Shown: in pieces, positions 28,001 to 36,847 of the stretch
How the letters are laid out: every line of letters begins with the position of its first letter
How positions within the stretch are numbered: the stretch's first letter is position 1
Assembly (NCBI GenBank): GCA_964035545.1
Contig: CAXIUT010000124.1
Coordinates: forward strand, 1 to 37,530
Length of the DNA: 37,530 nucleotides
Source of the DNA: Bugula neritina
Lineage: Eukaryota > Animalia > Bryozoa
Reading direction: 5' to 3'
Position numbers and translations under genes: made by a program
The notes under the pieces: generated by a model
Databases searched by the model: none
Told to the model about the DNA's origin: nothing
What the model saw: the letters and a program-made list of their open reading frames with translations, nothing else

Positions 28001-29849
28001 TGGTGACACTTGCTTAGGCTTTTCTGGAGCTAAAGCCTATGCATGTGGAGTAGGACAAGTAGCAAATCCTCCAGGAACAGCAGCTATTCAATATACAAAT
28101 GCTATCTTAATTGACAATAAATTAGGAATGTCTTTAAGATTCGGATTATCAGGAACAGATAGAACAGCCACTGTTTCTAACTCATATTTCAACGCCATCT
28201 CAAGACCAAATTGCTCCTAATGCTATACTTCTGGATGTAGCTGGAACCAAGCCATCAGGTTACTTGCTGTTACTATCAACGGAGAAAGCTATCCAATGAC
28301 TTTTGCATCTTTTGATGGTCTCTGTAAAGAATAAGTACTTGACTCCAAATCTTTCCTCTATGATGTTACTTTCTAAAACTACAAAAGAACATATAATGAA
28401 TCAGCTCTAAGCAACTGTTAGAACAATATTCTTTTTAGACCAAATGGAAATGCTCCTGATTTGGTCGGTTCAGCCTATCTCTGGAATTCAGTTTGCAATA
28501 ATTGTGATTTTGATTCTATGGGTCAATTCGATAGTCCAAAAAAATCATAACTTGGATGGGGTGGAGGATGTGGTAATATCCTTTGCACTGGTAGAAATAA
28601 CTATATCATCTAAGATCATACTGGAACTCTTTTCCCTTCAGGTGGAGTTATCCTTGCCAATAATAGCTGGATTGGTGATAATACTCCCTAGTGCACATAC
28701 AATTCAAAAATGAATGGATATTACTGCTCTATTCATTAGTTTGCTGTTCTTTAGTATGAAAGCATTGCTCCAGACTTCAACACACGCATTATGTGGCCAG
28801 TCAGTATTAAATACGATGGAGGTAACTGGGAATCCTTTACCAATGGATATAAAGAGTGGTAATGGGCAGGAAGTTAGCCTTTAAATAAGAGATTAGGTCG
28901 ATTCATTTCTACTATCAGGCTGTTCCAGTACTACAATATGACTTTTGCTTCTAACCCTCCAGATGATATGCGATTCCAACTGCAAAAAAGAGTAGCAGGA
29001 GGAAACAACTCAGATTGGGCAGTCTTCAGAGTCTACTATCCTTTCCCCAATATGATTTAAATCCAAGTAAACGGAGTTGTGAAGAGACCAATTTCTCTTC
29101 TGGATAATAATGGGTAAACTCCTCTTGATACAACATAATGTGGTTCAAATAAGTTTTTCTACTACAACAGAACAATTTAATTTGTCGTAACTGGAGCATC
29201 AAATTGCTTAGTAAGAATGTCGCTTACCAATTCAGTTCAATTGACTCTCCACTTTGCCATGAGCATCAGTGATTTCTATACAGCTGGAGGATCAACTAGA
29301 CTAATCGATAGAGTTGCTGCCATATTTAATATAAATGATCAATCTAGAATCAAAGTAGTGGGCATTTACACTGGATCAACAAAAGTCGAAATTATCATTA
29401 ATGCTCCTGTCTCTTCAGAATCAGATAGTAAAACATATGATTCATAAGCAGGACTTACTTAAATAAAGACCCTTAAATCAGCCATAGATGATACTATTAC
29501 AGATGGATCTCTTGGAGATGAACTTTTTACTAAAGATACCATTGGTCCTCTTATTTCAGCAGCAACTACCTTGATACCTATGCATCCATAAGAATAAACT
29601 AATAATTCTGATGATTAGAAAGATGTTAAACCGATATTGATAGGTGTATTCGTATCTCTTGGTGTAGTTCTGATAGGAACAGTATTAATAATGATTCATA
29701 TCCATAAGAAGTCAAACAAAGTGGATCCACAACTTCCAGAAGTCAGTTAAGACAGTATTGGAAAAAGTGATAGTAAGAAGAAAAGTTTAAAAGAATAAAA
29801 TATTACATAAGAAAATATCCATTAATTTGTTGTTGAAGATATGGAATGA
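19080..29849 (+). CDS. Fibrocystin-L / PKHD1L1-like type I membrane protein, copy 2, 3589 aa, apparently intronless
   Basis: ATG 19080 to TGA 29847-29849 = 3590 codons. The ORF-track fragments at 19404, 21072, 22818, 23367, 23913, 24531, 25245, 27987 and 29217 are all in this frame. Signal peptide MKVGVSLCFILLLISVHP, IPT/TIG repeats, PA14, two G8 domains, beta-helix repeats, TM helix ILIGVFVSLGVVLIGTVLIMI and a short cytosolic tail. Confidence 0.92.
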
Positions 29850-29980
29850 TTTTGATCTAAAATCTTAATAAGTTATTAATTAATATCAATATTTTTAATA
29901 TTTACTGCATTATTTAAAATGATTTTTAAGATTATTTATTACTTTTATAATAAGATAAAATATGATAATCACTGATTATT

Positions 29981-32230
29981 TCAAAAAAGGATGGGAAATC
30001 TTTTTTGTTTAAGAGTCTTTTTGGAATCACTATTGACTTCAAATGTCTTTTTAGGTGTTTGAGGGTGAGTCTGCTCATAATATATTCTACTTTTGCGAAA
30101 AATAGTTGAATTTGATTTTGAGAAATTCATCTAGGTTCTAGGTTTTCCAACAGGAGAAAACTAAAGCTTAGTAATACTTGATCTCAAAATATCATCTTTA
30201 CTCTTTATATTTTTAACACTCACTCTCTATGCTTTCTAAACTTTCTTTTCATTCATTTTTTTCTGTTTATTTGATTTTTTAGCATGATAATTATTTCTAA
30301 CTGAAAATAAATCCTTTAGTTCATTCAGACTGATATCATTTTAACTCGATTAACTATCACTCTATTTTTAATTTTGAGCATATTTTAAAGCATTTTAATC
30401 TATTATCTCTCCCATCAAAGTTTTTATCTAATTTTCATTTGAAGTATCAAATTTACTATGCTAAGAAGGAGAATTTCCAGCAGTTCTCCTCAGATATCCA
30501 CTTTTACTATGAGTAGTATTATTTAAAACAAATGATATCCGCTTATCTTTAAAATTAACTGTCTTCACTTTAGGATAAATCACATCTTTCTGATAAAATG
30601 TAAAATACTAAGATAACCCTTCTATTATAATTTTACCAGCATGTAATAAAGATTTTCTATTCAAAGTTGTTTGACTCTATTTATTCAAAGAATACAATCC
30701 ATTAGATATTTAAAATGTATAAGTCATTGGTATTTTTTAACGACGTAGCATATAAGCTCTACCTGTTGATTTCTTACTTTAACTTACCTTGTATAGACAG
30801 TTCTAATAGCTAAACATAGAACTTTGTTTTTGAAATATTTTTACAAGAACTCTAGACCTGAAATATTGAATAGTATTTTATTTATGTTAAGGACCATAAC
30901 AAAAAAGGTCTTTTTTCGATGAGTGACTATGAAAATCAAAGAAAAAATCAACTTTTTTCCTCTGATTTTTTAATTTCTTCATAAAATCAACTAAACTATT
31001 GATTTAAGGATATAAAAAATGTCCTATTTCAGTAAAACTTCTATTAAGATCTCTCCCACTAAAACTTGTACGATAATTTCCAGCAACAACTCCGTCAGGA
31101 TTGATCATTGGAACAATATAGAAATTACAAGTATTTAGTAATTTTTGGCTAATAGAATTAAATTCCAAAAGAGAATTGATAAATCCTTAAATCATAAATG
31201 AAGAATTACTTTATCCAGGATGAATTCTTGCAGTTATGACAAAATTATGTTTATTTCTAGTTTATTATCGACTAATAGTCACTAGAGGGATATCAAGTCC
31301 ACTGAAACTCTCACAAAAAGAAGAAACCTTCACAAAAGGATGTTTCTATATAGCACTAACATAATTTTGAAGTTAACTATAAGTATAAGGAATAGAATAA
31401 GCAAAAGATACTTCCATATTAGGTTAATCAAAATGGTACTTAAATTGCAACTGATGAGTAACATAATCAGTTCCATATCGACACAACCGATCAACAAAGT
31501 TAATATCATAGCATTAATTTTGTTTCCATTCTGTTTCCGTCTCATACAGTTCATTCAAGCGTCGACTGCAAGTATAAGGAGTCATTCCTTTATTATACAG
31601 GTTTTTTTATTTAACAATATTGCAGATATTGAACTGAATTGTTCCTATTTCCTTTTTATTGTTCACCTTGAAATAATACCAATTAGTATGACCTCGAGTA
31701 TTAGTATCACTTCTGATATATAAGTCATACTATCTAGGTTTAACTTTGATTGATAGATCTAAATTACCACTCTAAAAATCAGAATCGAATTTTATCTAGC
31801 TATGATTTATATTTTTAAACAAAGGTATTTAAGTATCCTAACTTCCTACGTTTTGAATAGCTTCAGATAAAGCATTCACCTTCACATCATATTTCTATCT
31901 ATATTTCCAGTCATAATTGTTGCTTTTATGTAATTGTACAGAATTGATATGTCTAACTCCTCGATAGACTACTTAGTATCTCTCGTCAGTTGATAATTTT
32001 TTAATAATGGCTTCGATAAGATTATTTTTATAGGTTAGAGGGATTGGACAGGAAGGCAATTTAGGAATCCAACCTGTAATCATGTCAGGTTCTAAAGAAT
32101 ATTGAGAAGGTAATACTGATCGACCTTTATTTTTAGTATAGAGACTAACTAATTGAATAGACTATTAACTCTATTCTGAAAAATTGTCCCACCCATCATC
32201 CTCGCTTCTTCTTTGATCTTTCCTTTCCAT
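29981..32230 (-). CDS. Cytosolic carboxypeptidase (M14D, CCP/AGBL family), 749 aa, intronless
   Basis: Motifs FDSDFESGNL, EYDLYIRSDTNTRGHTNWYYF, FAYSIPYTYSEL, TARIHPGESNSS, VPMINPDGVVAGNYR, GRDLNR, DFHSHS and YTFEIS. 2250 nt = 750 codons. Confidence 0.92.
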
Positions 32231-32408
32231 TTGATTTCGATTTATTAATATTCTAAATTTATAAAGTTAAATACTAAAGAAATTTATCATTAATATAATC
32301 TCATATCAATCAATTCAAAATGATTAAAGTGAAATATTTATTAGTTTTTCAAATTTGATTGATTTTATTTAATAACTTAGATATCAAGTAGTCCATAAAT
32401 ATTAATTA

Positions 32409-33026
32409 ATGATAACAAAACTAACAAAACTAATCAATCCTTTTTCCATTTTAAGCAAAATAAAACCTAAATAAAGACTCAGTCAAAGCGATAGATTCCC
32501 TCGCTCACCTTCCAGCTCTATTCCTTATACCTTATAACCGCCTTCAACCTATCCTATGCTATCACCAAGTCAACAATATCTAGTAGACAACAAAGCCATG
32601 GAAAGACCCTTCACAGGAAAGTTCTGGCATGAATTCACAACTGGATTCTATCACTGTGCAGTTTGCTAGACCAGATTGTTCACTTTCAATCACAAATATC
32701 AACCACAAACAGGTCATGCATCCTTCTGGAGAGCCATTGATGGTACAGTTACAACTATTGATGAAGAAGTCATTTTTGATTAGGTCAATTAAATGAGAGC
32801 AAGATATAAAACAAACCATTAAACATATAAAAGGTGCGAATGTTCACATTGCAAGACTCACTTAGGAGCTGTCTTCATGGATGGCCCTCCTCCTTCCTTC
32901 TTAAGGTATAGCATCAACTCATCCATGCTAAAATTATAAGAGTTCCCAGATTTTCCAAATCCCCACCTAAAAAGAAGAGAAAAGAAACGAGAGAAGAAAC
33001 AGAGAAGAATCAGTTATATCAGATGA
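32409..33026 (+). CDS. MsrB/SelR-domain protein, 205 aa, probably catalytically inactive, possible mitochondrial presequence
   Basis: [10 protein letters not shown]...[11 protein letters not shown]...KY..TGHASFW...[29 protein letters not shown], with a basic/hydroxylated N-terminus ([19 protein letters not shown]). 618 nt = 206 codons. Confidence 0.88.
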
Positions 33027-33118
33027 ATAAAGAGATGATATCTTTATATAATCATCGTAATATAAGTTGTTGATAAATAAGATTCTGAATTTATAGCTTA
33101 TGATTTTAATTTGGCGGT

Positions 33119-34077
33119 ATGAAGAAAGAAGGCTACAACCTTAGAGCCAAATAGCGCAAGTCCATCTTCGAATGCTACGATATGGATGAAGAAGATATGG
33201 ATAATGAAGATGACTCAGATAAAGGATGGACCAAAAATCGTCTAAGAAAAAATCCAAGACACATCACTCATCAAGATTTCGACTATGAAAAACATTAATA
33301 ATTCGATGATTAGTCAGTGTTTGAATAAGAAGAGCGATAGAAACTTCCCAGAGAACCCTAGGAGTTAAAAAGGATGCTTGCTTAAGTCAATCAATCCTTG
33401 AAAGAATATAAGTTACAGTTCTATCGAGAAGAGCCAGACCAAGGATGTACATAATCTATTATTCAGCAAGAAAATAAGTTGGATAAAACGCTATTCCCAT
33501 CAACGCAGATGTCACCAAGTTCAACTTTGATTAACTCATAAAAAAACAACTTTACTTCACTCAAAGTCACTTTGATATCATCATGATGGATCCTCCATGG
33601 AAACTATCAACCTCACAACCTTCTAGAGGAGTTGCTATCCAATATGACTCACTTGGTGATGAACTCATTGAACAACTACCCATTCCCAAGTTACAAAAAC
33701 ATGGAATGTTGTTTATCTGGGCCATCAATGCTAAATATGCATTTTCCATCAGACTTATGAACCATTGGGGATACAAATTGGTAGATTCGATTACTTGGGT
33801 CAAAAAGACAATCAAAGGAAAGATAGCTAAGGGACATGGCTTTTATTTGCAGCATGCTAAATAAACTTGTCTAATCGGAGTAAAAGGAGATAACCCAAAG
33901 ATCCAAAAAGGAGTAGCTAGAGATGTGATATTTAGTGACAGGAGAGGACAAAGTCAAAAGCCAACCTAAATCTATGAGTATATTGAAGAACTTGTTCCCA
34001 ATGGATATTATTTATAAATCTTTGGAAGAAGAAACAACTTAAGAGATAAATGGATCACCATAGGAAATTAAATATGA
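33119..34077 (+). CDS. MTA1: MT-A70 family N6-adenine methyltransferase, ciliate MTA1/AMT1 (DNA 6mA) type, 312 aa, 1 intron
   Basis: FDIIMMDPPW catalytic motif followed by SQPSRGVAIQYDSL (MTA1-clade signature), LFIWAINAKY, KIAKGHGFYLQHAKETCLIG, RRGQSQKP, YLEIFGRRNNLR and GNEI. 959-20 = 939 nt = 313 codons. Confidence 0.9.
33447..33466 (+). other. 20-nt intron
   Basis: GTACATAATCTATTATTCAG; removal joins the N-terminal frame to AIPINADVTKFNF...DPPW. Confidence 0.88.
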
Positions 34078-34246
34078 TTTATCTATTTATCTATCTATTT
34101 ATTTATCTTTTAGATTATTGTATTATCAATGATTTTTATTTGATAAACTTAATATTAATAAAAATCAAAGAATATATTTATTAAATAATTTTCTTTATAA
34201 ACAGGTCAGTTTATTTTATTCTGTCAATAATATTAAAATAAACTTG

Positions 34247-35884
34247 ATGAATTCGACAAAGCATAGTTCCAATATAGCAGGTTCTCTTAATAACTACCTG
34301 ATGAACAAAGTAGGAAAGCATATTCAAAGGAGGTCAGTTCTCTAAAGTAATATGAATAGATTTTGTTGTTAAAAACTAACTCATACGATCGACTAAACTA
34401 ATTAACAATTAACAATAAAAAAAGATAAAATCAGCTAGATTTAAGATATCAAAGATATTAACCATAAAAAAGCTGATAATATGATGTCAGTGCCATAATC
34501 AAAATTATAATTAACTAAAACTTTTACTAAAACAAAAGTTCGTGAAGTATAAAAAAGTTCTAGTTTTAGTTTTTCTCATGATAAAAAAATTCAATACTAT
34601 CCTAAAACTAGAAGACTATCACTCGCTAATCATAATATTTCCTTCTAAGAATTACAATAACAAAAATATCCACGAACACCTGTAGATTCAATTTTATTAA
34701 GAACTAAAACTATTTCAAATGCCTTTACTCCAGTTTTTGTTCATCCATTAAAATAATAAATTACTTAAGAAGACCCAATAGTGGAATAACTAAGATAAAT
34801 AAAATAAATATAAAAAGCAAAGGAATAGGTTTAAATAATGAGAAAACTTGAATAACTAAGAAAGAAAAAATCAAAAGTAGATTTAAGTAATGTACCAGTC
34901 CTATTTGATTATGAAGGAAAAGCAGTTAAAACAATAGAGCCTAAACCCAAATAACATTAAACATTGGATTGTTTGGAAGCGAAAGTAGATGAAGTATAAG
35001 AATAAAATAGAAGTGTTATTTAATAAAAACATGGTATTTTGAAATCAGATATAAAAAAAACAAAGAATATCACTCTTAGAGATCTTTAATTTTAAAGAAT
35101 GAGAAATAAAAGAAAATATCTTAATTATTATTCTTAACAATAAGCTCCACCAAATCTAAACGTCAAAATTAATCTATAAAGTCATAAATAAGTATAAAAA
35201 GCTTTTTCTCTTGATTCCAAAGGCATAAAATTTTCAATAGGATAAAAAGAAGTCAGTCTTGAAAAAAGGCCTCCAACTCCTCCGCCTGTTGATTAATCAG
35301 CACCGAAAAAAATGTCTAAAAGTTAATTTTTATAACATAAAAGAAAATAATAAAAAAAGAGAAGACATATTATATTAAAAATGAAACCATTCATAGAAAA
35401 TCAAAACTCTCTTAGCGAGTAAAAAGTAAGAACGGAAGTAGAAGTTGATTCAAGTTCAGTAAAAACTTCAAAAAAAAACTCAAAAGTAAGAAATATGATT
35501 CATTACTAAAAAGACGGAAGTGACCAATTTTAAAAAATTAACATAACAAATGAACTCATGCATTCTTATTTAATACAAGATGATAAAGGTCAAAAATAAA
35601 TAAATAGTCCAACCAGAAAACCAAAAGTATCATATTTAAGCTAAAATAAAAGATAAACTTTAAGTAGTATTGATCGCTACAATCTGATGTATTTGAAATA
35701 TAAAGGAAATCCTCCCAATAACATTGAAGAACTGACTAAAGATTTACAACTTTCGACAATGCAGTCGATTCAGGTACGAGAATAGGTTAAAAAAACAAAC
35801 AACAATAAATACAATTGGATAAATTCTAATCGAATTTTATCAGTAAAAGATCGTTAAAATAAAAGAATAAAAACTCAATTTTGA
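34247..35884 (+). CDS. Hypothetical 545-aa Lys/Glu/Ser-rich protein with a central charged helix
   Basis: ATG 34247 to TGA 35882-35884 = 546 codons. With TAR=Glu it reads EELREIKEIEKAKEEVEIMRKLEELRKKK...VPVLFDYEGKAVK. No family recognised. Confidence 0.7.
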
Positions 35885-36514
35885 TATTGTGATATGATTA
35901 AACTTTTAGGCTTACTTCCATAATTAGGAATATCTTTTCGACTCGTAAAGTAACCTTTTGAAGCCAATCTGTCAGAATCCATAGCTACGTCTTCTTCTTT
36001 CTTTTATAAATAGTTCTAATATCAACCTATTTTTACCAAGTAGCTCACTCTTAGGTAACGAACTGACTCATCCAAACGAGTTATTATCCTTATTATGATT
36101 CCTATCTATCAATTAAACTACCTTCACACCATATACTATTTGAATCTCGAACATCCAATGTCATCCCAACTTTAATCCCTTTTAGCTATCTCTTTCTCCT
36201 TTATTCTTTTGCTATTTCATTTCTTTTCCTCAATCTCTCTTTTTCACTAATATCTTTCTTGATAACATTATCAATAAATTAAGAAATACAAGGAACAGGA
36301 CAAAGTGGTTTTCCTCTGATACTTTTAGCACATCTTGGACAGGTCTTAATATCATGAATATTACATCAGCAAAGAGCAAGTACTAATCAAGACATAAATA
36401 GCAAAAAGTGTGACCACAAGAAGCAGTGTAAGGTAGGGAAAAGAAATCTTGGCAGATAAAACAAAGAAGGTCACAAGAAGTGATTGGTAGATTTGTTTTG
36501 TTTATCCTACTCAT
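35875..36514 (-). CDS. RING-HC (C3HC4) finger + Tudor/MBT/Agenet-like domain protein, 192 aa, 3 introns
   Basis: CFIC...CGHTFCYLC...CPRC, then [24 protein letters not shown]...YLRVSY...[12 protein letters not shown]. 640-(20+20+21) = 579 nt = 193 codons. Confidence 0.85.
36016..36036 (-). other. 21-nt intron containing an in-frame TGA
   Basis: GTAAAAATAGGTTGATATTAG at a phase-0 position; unspliced it reads GTA AAA ATA GGT TGA. Confidence 0.75.
36102..36121 (-). other. 20-nt intron
   Basis: GTAGTTTAATTGATAGATAG; removal restores IWCEG-IIIRI. Confidence 0.85.
36345..36364 (-). other. 20-nt intron
   Basis: GTAATATTCATGATATTAAG; removal brings the last RING CxxC (CPRC) into frame. Confidence 0.9.
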
Positions 36515-36847
36515 TATTTTATTATCCAAATATATTGTCTAGCTTTGAATTTTAAAATATTTTAGTACGAAATTATATCAATATCATTCCAATAATAATC
36601 AATAATAAACAATAATTATTTTTATATTGAATTTAGTCTCTTATCTTTTGGTTAAATATTTTGAATAATTTACTTCTAACATCAATTAAAGGAATAAAAT
36701 CTTTTGAAATGGCATTGAATCGTTTAAATAGGATCAATATTTAATGATTTTTAAGTCATATTTGTTCAGAAATCGTTAATTTATTGTTAATATGATAAAA
36801 GAAATTAAAAAAAATAGCAATTCTTTTATATTTAATTTGGATTACAA

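Noticed and set aside
1726-33815. Short ORF-track entries antisense or out of frame to the called genes (e.g. 1726-1908, 6249-6650, 16956-17189, 31340-31723, 32580-32819, 33567-33815)
   Set aside because: They are shadows of long real genes, produced by using the wrong genetic code, and have no motif support.
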